Assembly (NCBI GenBank): GCA_048772705.1
Contig: JBLWGC010000136.1
Coordinates: 56,123 to 120,122 of the forward strand
DNA from: Leidyana gryllorum EB-2025a
Lineage: Eukaryota > Protista > Apicomplexa
Direction of reading: 5' to 3'
DNA length: 64,000 bases
The translations under genes and the position numbers were made by a program. Shown one piece after another: positions 1 to 11,347 of the stretch. Positions within the stretch are counted from its first letter, which is position 1; every line of letters begins with the position of its first letter. A model generated the notes under the pieces. That model made no database searches. It worked only from the letters and a program-made list of their open reading frames with translations, and was not told where the DNA came from.

Positions 1-85
1 TGGCGCAATCGACCATATCGTCATACCGCTCGGCTTTCTCAGCAATGATCGATTGCAGCAGTGGGTCTGTGATGTCGATGGGCAT
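1..85 (-). CDS. 14-3-3 family protein, 5' end only (runs off window)
   Basis: Not in the ORF track. The reverse complement from ATG at 85 reads MPIDITDPLLQSIIAEKAERYDDMVDCA, matching the 14-3-3 N-terminal AEQAERYD(D/E)MV motif. Confidence 0.75.
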   Translation of the reverse strand, partial: MPIDITDPLLQSIIAEKAERYDDMVDCA

Positions 86-121
86 GTTGGTGGAAAAAAT
101 TAAGGGCTCCCACCGCCTTAA

Positions 122-1848
122 CTACAGAAAATTGGGTGCCCGGCGTCGGGCATCAACACCCCGCACCATTGGCTGCGATGGTTCTCTACTGTGCTGCGAG
201 TCGTTGGAGTGCACCGATTCTTCCACAGTGTGGGCGTGGCGAGGGGACGGGCGCTTTGCAGTAGTGTTCTTGGGTTGCGGCTGGAAGCGCGGGAGGGCCA
301 GACGAGCACCCCCTACCAGACGGCTCCGGGTTGACAAGTCGCGCTTATCGTCTTTCTCGCGTAATTGAAGGGTGTTGGTGTGCATGACCACCGGCCTCTT
401 CGCCTTGTCATTAGACTCAAAGTGTAGATGGTACTCGTACAGCTTCCGCAGGAACCATAATGAACGGAGATACAGCGCGGTCAGGGCCTCAAAGTCGTAG
501 CTGTCAATCGAGACCGGCACCATGCAAATTGGGTAGGCCTTCAGCTCTCGAGAGAGGGGTTCGTTGCAGTGTACTTGTATGGCCACGAATATCTGGTCGG
601 ATGCTGCAGCGGCTTCTTCAGGTGACCCTGCGACAGGCGACCGTATTCCTGATCCGGTGTCGCCGTCCATGCAGGAAGAGCCCCCCTCTCCCTGAGCAGA
701 CAGGTAGGCTCCGCTACACTGCACCGTGGCCGCGGAATCGACGCCGAGCGAGTACCGATACTGAAGAATTTGACCTCGACGAGCTCCCTGCGACTTGACA
801 ATCAATTTGGTCATCCACGGGGAGACTCCGTCCTCCAACGCCCATGACTGGATTGCCTCTGCTACTCTCTCACTTGTGGTATAAAGTTCGTCTCCTGCGG
901 GTGCAGAGTAGTTGAGAGCGGAGACTCTCAATGAAACTTACGGCATGCTGCTGCTTCTTCCACAGCCGCCTGATTAATATGGTGATACTCCGTGTCTAAC
1001 TCCCAGAATAGAGACGGCATATTGTGCAACATTCCTAAGGCCTTCCGGAGGGTCTCTCCAGCTGCTGGAATGCCTCGCGCTTTGCAAGGCACTATCAGTA
1101 GGCGACCTGTCAGCCAGTTCTGGAACACGAGCGATCCATGGCCGACGGCGCGCCACCAGAAAGCTGATACTTCAGGGGGAAGTTTCTTGAACCTGCAGAA
1201 ATGGTTGGTCGCTGTCGGTCAGTCAGTCGGTCGGTCGGTCAGTCGGTCGACGAGATGTGATGTGAAGAGCCCTACCTGAAATGGGGGATGATTCTCTCTA
1301 GATATATGTGCACATGCTGGGGGTTCTCAATTGACCGGAAGACTTTCAGAGAGTCATTCGGTATTTCGATTGGGCATGGCACCCCCGCTAACACGCAGGC
1401 GAGAAGTAGATTCTTGTGAACATGCAGATGCTTCCGCCAAATGCCGCTGGTGGTGTGTTTCACAGCGAATATAGAGATGGGTTCCAGATCTTCCGCATTT
1501 CGCTCCAATACCTCGATCTTTGTTACGATTCGCAGGCCGCCAATGATCGACAGTTCATGCTGCGTAACACGTAACCCTCGGCTATTGTCCTCGTTCCATC
1601 GCTCGATCGTGTGAATAAGACCCTTGGCGGCTTCCGGAGGACTTTCATTGGGCAGAGGACTCAAATCATCCGCACATTCCTCCTCGTCAGCTCTGGTCGT
1701 CGGGGTCGCTCCTGTAGGTTTAACCAGTCTACCGATGAGAGCTTTGCTGAAAGGAGGAGCTTTATATCTGGAGTTACGACGCTCACGAGTCAGAAAGGTC
1801 CTCGTCAATATCTGAGGGTGTGTCCTGTCGAGCCTCGCAGTAGTTCAT
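122..1848 (-). CDS. Hypothetical protein, 4 exons
   Basis: ATG at 1848. GT-AG introns at 1747-1786, 1193-1275 and 895-941 join ORFs 1272..1808, 928..1128 and 122..931 in frame. No family recognised. Confidence 0.65.
1214..1250. repeat. Imperfect (GGTC/AGTC)n tetranucleotide microsatellite inside an intron
   Basis: gtcggtcagtcagtcggtcggtcggtcagtcggtcga lies within intron 1193-1275. Confidence 0.85.
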
Positions 1849-1864
1849 TTTATGAGTGTTTTAT

Positions 1865-3451
1865 CTAATATTCAACAGCTAGGAAACCATCTCTGAGGTC
1901 TCGATTCAACTCCTCGTATTCCACCACTGAGACTGGCTCCATGCCCCGAACGTGTAGCTTTTGATTGAAAATATGAAACTCTGACTTGTAATGTGTACGG
2001 ATACTCGAGCATTTCAGCTCTTTCAGGTAGTCCAAGTTACACACTGGGCACCATGTCTGGCTATCGGACGGCGGAGGACGCGCAATCTGCTGTTCTGTGG
2101 TACCCCCTTCCACACCTTGCGGCACCTCCGCTTCCTCTGCCTCCTTCCGCTGCTTGCTGAGTTTCTCCGCAGCCTTCCGCTCAGCATCACGTTCCGCCCG
2201 CTCGATAGCTTTCAGCTTCCGACGCCTCTCCCGAGTGTTTTCTTCTTCCAGATCAATCTTTGCATCTTTACTCTTTCGGCCCTTCCGGCTCTTGGTGCCA
2301 CCCTCAGACTTCGTCTTGGTATCTTCCGATCCCGCTGCTGCAGCTGGAGGGCCTGTGTTTCCGTCAGTCTGCTTGGCAGCCGCCGCCGTCTCCTTGTCTT
2401 CTTCGCCAGCGCTTTTCTCGTCGCCCTCCTCCTCCTCAGCGGATTCGTCCTCTGATTCAGAAGAAGAGTTGTCTCCTACGAGTAGAGCAAATCCTGACTG
2501 TGCACCTCTACCCCCGATCTGCTGCAGGACTTCTCGACTCTCGCTCTCATCATCATCGTCTTCCTCCTCTTCTTCCTCCTCCTCCTCCACATCTTCCTCC
2601 TCAACGTCAGATTGCTCCTCATCCTGATCACCTTTTACATTCTTGTTCTCCACTTGTCGTCTGACTCGCCGGAGAGCCATATCGGCCGCCGCTTCCGGGG
2701 TTCCCTCGTCGTACATGTTAATCACAGTGATGGCCAACTTGCCGTTCTTAGAACTCACAAGCCGCTCCTGAATACTCCAATCTGAGGGGAGCGCCCGATA
2801 AGTGAACAACACACGCGAGCCTCCGGCTAAAAGTATGCTAGACAGGATTTCCGCTTCCAGCACTGTTCTGAGGAAGTCTTCAACTTCTTCCTCAAATTCC
2901 TCAGGCACCTCCATTTGAGCTCGCATCAGAGCCAAATAAACCTGATCACTCAACTTCAAAGCCAGCCGCTGAGCCACCTTGGCCGCAGCGGCCTTGGCAC
3001 TTGCGCCTTGTGTGTATTTGGGGCGATATCGTATTTGCTTCAGACATGTGTCCACCACATCCGGTGTAAGCTTGAACCCAGTCGCACGGCTGATCAACCG
3101 CTGACCCGCTATCGTGCATACTTCCTTATGGAACTCCGCCGCTTGAACCTTCCTCTCTTTTCCACTGACTTGAACAGTGCCCTTCTGCAGGATGACTCGA
3201 GTAATTTCATTGATATCTGTTGTACCAAAGTCCCGTCTTAAGTCTTCTTCGGGGGCGAAGCGGCCCTTCACCACGCTGGTGAAGATGTGGTCCGATTGTA
3301 GCACCTCCGATACATCACTTTCGAGCCCGCTTCGCCAGTCTTGAACCTTGTTGGGGTAACATGCTATTTCAAATCGAGCCCCTCCGCGACGCAGCCGCAC
3401 TACTGCCACATTGGTGAGCCTTACTTGGGTAACTGGTTGCGTGATGACCAT
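1865..3451 (-). CDS. SBDS: Ribosome maturation protein SBDS/Sdo1 with acidic linker and C-terminal C2H2 zinc finger
   Basis: N-terminus QPVTQVRLTNVAVVRLRRGGARFEIACYPNKV is the SBDS signature. C-terminal CPVC...HYKSEFH zinc finger. Single exon. Confidence 0.95.
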   Translation of the reverse strand: MVITQPVTQVRLTNVAVVRLRRGGARFEIACYPNKVQDWRSGLESDVSEVLQSDHIFTSVVKGRFAPEEDLRRDFGTTDINEITRVILQKGTVQVSGKERKVQAAEFHKEVCTIAGQRLISRATGFKLTPDVVDTCLKQIRYRPKYTQGASAKAAAAKVAQRLALKLSDQVYLALMRAQMEVPEEFEEEVEDFLRTVLEAEILSSILLAGGSRVLFTYRALPSDWSIQERLVSSKNGKLAITVINMYDEGTPEAAADMALRRVRRQVENKNVKGDQDEEQSDVEEEDVEEEEEEEEEDDDDESESREVLQQIGGRGAQSGFALLVGDNSSSESEDESAEEEEGDEKSAGEEDKETAAAAKQTDGNTGPPAAAAGSEDTKTKSEGGTKSRKGRKSKDAKIDLEEENTRERRRKLKAIERAERDAERKAAEKLSKQRKEAEEAEVPQGVEGGTTEQQIARPPPSDSQTWCPVCNLDYLKELKCSSIRTHYKSEFHIFNQKLHVRGMEPVSVVEYEELNRDLRDGFLAVEY

Positions 3452-3479
3452 AGCGTCTTTTGATTTTTTCTGGAGGAGG

Positions 3480-6400
3480 ATGGATGTTCAAAGTCTACAG
3501 CAGTTGGAATCACTCTGCAGCAAGTTCTATTCGTCAGATGCGGCTGAGCAGAGCTTAGCACACCGCACACTCCTACCACTAGTCTCTCAGCCACAATATG
3601 TGCCACAATTCCAAGCTGTGCTAGCTCATTCGCACGACACGCAAGCAATATTGTTTGCAGCGAATGCCCTCCATAAGCTTTTCACGAGGTATGTGCCTGA
3701 CTTCTGAGCCTCTACGTGTTGTCAGTGAATGGAACTCTTGTCCAGAGGCATGCAAGAACGACACTCGCTCCTTCCTCCTATCGTACCTGGTGAGCGGCAC
3801 ACCCATCAACAGTTGGCCTATCCAACCCCACAATGCAGTTCAACAACGGCCCGAGCTTCCTTCCGAATAATGTACCCACCCTCAACGCTTTGATTCGCCT
3901 GCTCGTTCGAATCGTGAAGCTGCAATGGTTGGAGAAACCCGCTTACCAAAATATCTGCGACCAAGTGTCGTCATTTCTAGCAGCGTCAACTCGCGAATGG
4001 GTGGTCGGCATCTCCATATACTGCGAGCTCACCGCAGATATGGCTCCAGTTCTGGGTGGTGGCCTTGCACGAGCACGACGAACTGCTTTTGCCTTTCGCG
4101 ACACGGCGCTTCCACAGATCTTCACCACCGCTGTGGAGACCCTCCAGCAAATCAATGCCGGAGCGATAACCATTGCCAACGCCGACGAAGAAACGCAGTT
4201 ATTGCGGACAGTGCTCGGACTGGCTCTGCAGTCTCTGAGTTTCGATTTTATGGGAACTTTACCTGATGAAACCAACGATGAGCGCTCGGTAAGGAACATT
4301 CCATCGTTGCATATCGTTTGTGTCTTGCGTTTGGCAACTGGGTCACTTCGTCGCGTAGCATCACGGTACGATGATTATACGGCTTGGAGGCGGTGATGCA
4401 GCTACTTGGTCGGCGACGGGCTCTCGTACTCTGTGGTGAGGCTGCAGGTGACACTTTCGCCCGCGAAGTGCAACGTTCTGATTGTCCTGAGAGTGTGATT
4501 TTGATCGCGTAAATGTGCTTTGTGGTCTTTCGCGCCTAATGTATAAGGTTCATACCTTGTTGTCAATCACAGGATCCGGTGATGATTCCTTCGAGTTGGA
4601 CAGTGGTGAAAGAAGCAAATCTGCCGGCTCTGTTCTTCGAGATATACAAGAAATGCTGCACACCGGTCAATGGCACCCGGGCACCAGCGCAGATGGAATG
4701 CGCAAGATACTGCTTACACTGCCTTGTCCAAGTGGCTTCTCTCCGGCGCTCATATTTCACCAAGGAAGAGGAACGGAACGCACATCTCTCTGAATTGGTG
4801 AATCGAACAGTCATGATCTTGGATGACAGAATTGGGATTGATGCTGATGAAGGTTGTTACCATCAATTTTGTCGACTACTCGGAAAAATCAATGCAAGCG
4901 TACCCATCTATGACTTAAAAGCGAGCTTGCAGAGTCGGAAGGGCACGCCGAGTGCTAGCGCTGCTCCGGGAGAACCCAGGACTATGTAAGTTGTCTAAAT
5001 AGAACTCTCAATATCACGTCAGAGAAGATTATCCGGGACAGTCATAGTGATGGGAGCGAGCTCTAGTGATCCTCGAGAGTGGGGCCCTCGCGATGCTTTC
5101 ATGCTATCCTGGTTGTCAAAGGTTTGCCAGTTCACCTTGGAGTCTCTGAGCAGATGGACGTTCCAGCCCAACTCGAAGCACTATCTCTTAGGTGAGTCCG
5201 ATCCTCGGCTTAAACGTCCCATGATGCGGCAGGCTTTTGGAGCTCACTGGTCAATCCGTTTTTGAGTCGAAACTCACGACTGCCTCCAGAGATAGGTCAG
5301 CATGTACACGTCGTGTTTCAGGCCTTCGTGGACAGTTGCTTGAAGATCGGCGAAGCTTCTGCTCTGATGGAGAGTAACCTCACACAGTCCCAGTTGCAGT
5401 TGGCAGAACCAAGTCTCCTCTTCAAGCTTGAGGAAGTACGCGACGCTTCCGAACTTGAAGATCCTTTGGAGCACGAAGTCTTCCGAGCCGAGCAACTCGA
5501 GGTCATCCAATCCTTAGGTCGTGTCCACTATGTACAGTGCGCACAGTATGTGATGCGGCATTGGCAGAATGCGTGGAATGCGGCCGAGAGGAAGTCTTTG
5601 CCCGTGGAGGTGGTTGAGCGGCGTTTGACGTGGCTCATCTACATCGTCGGAGCCTTGATTGCCGGCCAAAATCATACACGCAACATTTTCAATCTCCGGA
5701 TACCAAGTAATGTAACAAGTTTCATCGGGAGATCTCATGGCGGTCTAGGAATGGATTCCGAATCGACCATGGGGGGTGAAGACGATGACAAACGGACGGG
5801 AACAGGGGGTGATTCGGCTGGACCCGAAGACGCCACACGGGCAGTCTCGTCAAGTGTCTTCAAGCTTATGATCCTCACAACCACTCAAGGCTCTGAATAC
5901 TCTCCAGTGAGCACCCACAGCCCTTCCTCGATTGTAAACTCCCCATCCATTATCAGACCGACGCTCAAAGCAAGGAATATAGAGAGCTGGCCTACCTCTT
6001 CTTCCTTGAGGCGTTTAGAAAGCTCCACTTCTCCGACATCGCCCAACCTCAGTCTGAGGTAGAAGAGCGAGCGCGACAGTACAGTGCGGCCATTGGAACC
6101 AACGAGGATGTCATGTCCATCACCCTCCAGAAGATCTTGATGAACTTGCAGACTTGTGGGCAATACGAAGTTGTCATCCGGAAGTCCCTCCAACTATTCA
6201 AGGATTTGTCCTCATCTGTTATGATGGTGGGGCCTTCTACCAGCCCTGCGCACATCGTCACGGGTAAGTTTATTATATCCTCGAATTGTTCGTCCCCTTC
6301 CTGCGCCCTCCTTCCCCACCCCTACGCTCCTAAAGCAACACTGGACTCCCTGATCTCAGCTGTGTGTCATCTCGACTCTGATCGTCGTTTGGCCATCACT

Positions 6401-8513
6401 GAGGACTTGATTGCCGCCCGCATGCAGGCTGTAGACGGTGCCATTAAATATGGCCGATCTATAAGACGTGTGTTGCTCTCCATCGTTCCCCATCTGGTGT
6501 GCACTTCCCACTTGGATGCAGTTTGTCGCATTGTATTGCTCTTTCTCGTGCGTCTGTGTGCAAAACTGTGCCCTGAGCGGTTGCCCATTGCACTTGCCCT
6601 ATGTGCGCACTACGAAGTGTGTGATGCGCTGCGCACACACGCAGCAAACGAGTGCTCAGCTGCTGCGCGCGCCACTGCAAATCACCCCCCTGTGTGCACA
6701 TTGTTGCTCATCTCGGAGCTTGTTGTGCTGCACAAATCCCGCTAGTGTCTCACCCGTTCCTTCCTCGCCCTTCCCGGCCCTCTTCCCATTTTACATATGC
6801 TCTTCGAACTTCAGGTAAATTGTTGTTGAGAAGCCCAGTTATTCAAGAGCTGCTGTCTCCCCAAGGAAGCCGAGCCATTGTTAATTGCTTTGACGGAATC
6901 ACGGCGGGGAAGCATAGAACGAGTTTCTATCACACACTGAGCAAGTTATTCTTCCTGTCATTGAATGACTTTCCTGGGGAAGTGATAGACTTGCAAGATG
7001 TCGAGGGGAGCACTTCTCCAAGTTCGCCGCACTCACAACGACCATCAGAACAGCTGATGTTCTACAACTATATGGCACCCCTGGCGGACGTGATGTCAGA
7101 GGTGTGGCCAGCGAGTGGACCAAGTGGCTTGACAATCGCCCCCCAACTGGTGGAACAACTCGCCCGTCCTGTACACGATGCTCAACAACGGGTCGTACTG
7201 GCGGGTCTCTTCCGAGATCTGCGTGGGATCTGTCAGACGTTCACCACCTGCGAGTCTTACAACCACTTTTTCAACTGGTTGGTCAACCGACCCAAGCGTC
7301 CTGAACATTGTCGAGTGAGTATATAATGCTGCTAATTCACATTCCTTCATCAGTTACACTTGCTTTCCATTGTGTTGAAAAACATGTGGAATGATCCGCC
7401 TGTAGCAGTTGCCGCACTGCGATTGGCTGCTGAGATCACCAACAACCGAGGACAGCGTATCAACTTCGACACAGCATCGCCGAATGGCATCATTCTCTTC
7501 CGAGAAGTGTCGGCTATCATCAATGCCTATGGGCCCGCGATCCTTGCCCAGCCCGACACTGCCTTCCGTGATCTCTACAAAGAGAAGTACAAAGGACTTG
7601 CGATCAGTTTGGCTATATTCTCGAATGCTCTCAGTGGCAATTTTGCCAACTTTGGAGCTTTTGAGGCGTATGGTGACCAGACCCTCCCTGAAGCCATTCG
7701 GTTGGGCATCAATATGGGATTAGCGATACCCGAAGAAGGTGAGAGAGGAATGATGAGTACTTACATAGTGGTTCTCAGATCTTCAATCCTTCATCAAATC
7801 CCTCAAGCCCTATTACACGTTCATAGACATAGTCTGTCACTATCACATGGCTCACTTGCTGAAACTTCCGGCAGCTTCACTGGCGAAGATCATCCGAACA
7901 TTGGAGGATGGCATTTGTGCATACAATTCCACCATCAGTCTGCAGGCATGTGGGGCATTGTACCATCTGACCAAATATATACTGGCAAGGCTTCAATTCG
8001 ATGATCCCGTCAGACGTCAGACTGCACAGGAGCTGCCCCAATCAGAAGAGGATGTGGAGCTGTGGAAAATGGAGGTAATGCTATCCGTATGGTTCAAAAT
8101 GAATGTTCTTCCATAGGCTGTTTCCATCCGGCAATTCCTCGCCGAGCAACCTTCGGCCCTGAAGCGAGTTCTCCAGCTATGCTTCCAGCTCATCATGTCG
8201 GGTGAGAGTCTGAGTACCTGGAGTCTAGCCGGTGCAATTCTGGGCTTGATCTTACTTGATCCCACTGAGTATCAAGAGCTTAGGAGCCAATTGGTGGCCC
8301 AGCAGGCAACCCAAGAGAAGCAAGAGAAGATGCAAGAGTCATTCGAGCAGCTCATGGTAGGCGTCGAGCCGGTGATGACCCAGTCGTCCAAGGTGAGCTC
8401 AACAACCCGTTTTTTCACAAATGAGAGGTCATTTACAGGAACGGTTCATGCGAAATCTGTACACTTTCACCCAACAGATGAGAAATAGAACAGCCAATAT
8501 CGGCACCAACTAG
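3480..8513 (+). CDS. XPO7: Exportin-7 / RanBP16-like importin-beta family protein, multi-exon
   Basis: Motifs SLQQLESLC, AFAFRDTALPQIF, LSFDFMGT, VMIPSSW, QVASLRRSYF, YHQFCRLLGK, NRGQRINFDTASPNGIILFRE, YKEKYKG and NFANFGAFEAYGD are spread over successive ORFs joined by GT-AG introns. Last exon ERFMRNLYTFTQQMR ends at TAG 8511-8513. Confidence 0.92.
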
Positions 8514-8576
8514 GATGTGTAGGCAGCGCAAAAACTATGTGTATCGAATAAGCGATGGAACTCGTATAGTTGAGAC

Positions 8577-11332
8577 ATGGACAAGCCCAACGATGAGGAG
8601 CCTCAACCTCCTATCCTTCCGACCACCAGGACACAGTCCTTGGACAATATCCAAACCAGAAGATCCAGATCTTGGGCTTTGAACCCACCACGTCTCAGCA
8701 AGTCTATCACACTGCGCCTCTTCCAAACCCAAAAGTCCGCAACTCTGACCGGTCCCAAGCAGGAAGCGTCCGAGCAAGACCTCTGTGATGATGATGATTC
8801 GGCTCGGGATCGGGCTGCCTCCTTTCCCGCAACTCAAAAACACCCCACTGAAGGATCACAGCCCTCTGAGCACGACGCACTCCCAGCTTTCAAGTTGCAG
8901 AGCACAGGGTCTGCGAATGCATCACGCACACCAATGATGGCTGTTCTCACGGCCAGTACATCTGGTGCTACTTGGGTGCCGACCAATGGGCACTCGCGGC
9001 CTGCTCCTGTTTCTGAACCCCGGTTCCCCGTTACGGGCACTACAACGGCGACTATCCCGGCAGAACAGCTGAGTGATACCAGCTCCCTCGGTGGCACGAC
9101 GGAGGGTTCCAACCCGTCGTCGCTTTCGCCTAGCTCGATTAGCAAAGGTGAGGGAGCTCTCGCGGATCTCCCCTCGCGAAGTACCTCCTATCGAGTTTCG
9201 CAAGGCACGTGCGAAGGACAATCTAATCAAGATAAGACGAATAGACGGTCGCGTGTTAAGGGAAGTACAACACAGCAGCGACGCCGGCGGAAAGAGGCCC
9301 ATCAAACCGACAAAAGGGAGAACCCGTCGTCGTTATCCTCTTGTTCTCGTGAAGAACAAGGCAAAATGCAGCATTCCTCCATGACTCCTTCCTCACCACT
9401 CCGTCGAACACCTACTGATCGATCTCAAAGAGTGGATTTCCGTGTTCCGTTAGCTTCCTCAATACAAGGATTCGGCAATGAAGACATCACAGTTTACTTG
9501 AGTCCCAAGTCGACATGTGCCATGCATCCATCCCCATCACAGCATTGCTTACACTGTACCTCGTTGCCCAATGATCGTTTTGTGCTCACGCCCTCAACAA
9601 CCACTGGGTCGCCCCATCCACTTCCTGCTCCCTTATCGCAACCTCACTTTTACTCCCAAACCAGCAGTGCCAGAGGAGGCAGCTCCAGACGTCGAGGCCC
9701 GCGATCATCGTCCTCCGGCGACGCACACAATCATAGTCGCGAGCGCGGTTGCACCTTTTCAGCTGGCGCTTCTCATGAACTGAACACTCCCCAAGGTCAG
9801 GATAAATCCGTGATAGAGTATGGTGGTAAGTATCTGAAGGATATACATTCACGCGTTGCTAATGTTTGCTTAACAATTGGTGTGTCTCTCTGCTGGTGTC
9901 TATTTATAGGGCTGCTCAATGAAGCGATATCACAACGCCCAAAAGGAGCGCGGTGGATAATGTTTGCCTGGCGACACAAACCTATTGAGATTCTATGTGT
10001 AAAATGCCAGATTTGATCATTCCAATTCAACGTTGCTCCCTCAGACAGCGATAATATCGCGTTCGATTACCGACATCAAGGTCACCCAGACGCGCACAAC
10101 CGGCACGGTCATTTGTCGTACCACAATCTACCTCCTCACATGGACTCACAATCGAGAATGTGTACCAAATCTTCTAGATCGTCGAATGCGGCTCCTCCTT
10201 TAACCGTAGTAGGAGCGGAACGGCCTGGTATGGCTCATCATGAGGCTATTCCTGCCGGCTTTATCGAGCTGTTGAAGCAATTGAACACATTCATGCTTCT
10301 TTGCAATCGTCCCGGCATGCCACGCCGAGTCCCCGATGAAACTTGGGGAACACCAGCGTAAGCCGCCAGAGAGCTTCTCCCAAGACATCTAGACTCAGTG
10401 ACATCATGACCAACGCCAGCTCGATGGGGCCTGAAGGCACTCGGTCGCATGGACGACGGAGCGTTTCTTCTCGGGCGACATGTCATAGATGTCGAAGATT
10501 ATCCAAACGGTCGAGTATGAGTAGAGGATCATTGTCGCATCGTGGAGACGGGCTGAAAGGAGGGACTACAGGGACAGATGGTGATGATATGACCCGAGGA
10601 GGTGGCACTACCAGTTGGTGGTTGAGTGGAATGAGTTCAGTAGACGGAGATCGCAACACCTATGTGCCTGCAAAGTCCGTATACGGACACAGTCGTCCTC
10701 GAAGCGGGCCATCGACTTCCTTTCTCTTGAGCACGAGTGGCTGTGATGACACGCTGTTCGAGTACAGCTCCACTAACAGCTACAACTATTTGTCCGGTCG
10801 TCCAGCTACAAGAGCTCCACCCCCGAGTACGAGTACCTATAATCTACGAACAATCAAGTCTACGCACTCGCATCCGCGGAGGACGAGCAAGTGCGAAGCT
10901 TGCCTTTTGGGGAAGCTGGGCATCCCCTTAAACCTGTGCGAGGTCCACCGATCGCGATGCTTGATCTGTCAGCTCAATTCAGCTGTATTGACGAACAAGG
11001 AGGCTGGCCCAGACGACGGCGGCGGGGCGTATGTTCGATATGTGCAAGACTGTCAGGCGCAACAGGAAACGGACAATCTCAGGGCAGGAGCAACGAATAG
11101 CGCACCGCTACCTCCCACCCCCATCTACACTAGTTCTCGCGAGGACGAGAGTCCGAGAGGTGGACCTCGATTACCCCGACGATCCTATTTGATCGCACGA
11201 GCGTCTGCAACCGAGAATTCTTTTGAGGTGATAACCCCCCGAAGTAGTCCTCGGTTATCGTCGCGGTCATGCCTCACTCCTGGATGTTCTTTGTTGGCCG
11301 GCTTCCGGTTACTTTTCGCCTCTAGCAAGTGA
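8577..11332 (+). CDS. Ser/Thr/Arg-rich low-complexity hypothetical protein (probably one spliced gene)
   Basis: Long ORFs 8577..10016 and 10343..11332. Likely intron 9826-10044 (gtaagt...ctcag). A Cys/His cluster CEAC...CEVH..CLIC lies near the C-terminus. Confidence 0.5.
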
Positions 11333-11347
11333 CCCCATTTTTTTCAC

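Noticed and set aside
1991-2664. Long antisense ORFs opposite SBDS (and similar ones opposite PiT, NUFIP1, UGT and M1)
   Set aside because: Shadow ORFs of GC-rich, low-complexity coding sequence.
4480-4572. TPP riboswitch or SECIS in the exportin-7 intron (CTGAGA ... ATACC)
   Set aside because: The GAACCUGAU...UAAU...CGNAGG half of the TPP aptamer is missing. SECIS geometry and location do not fit.
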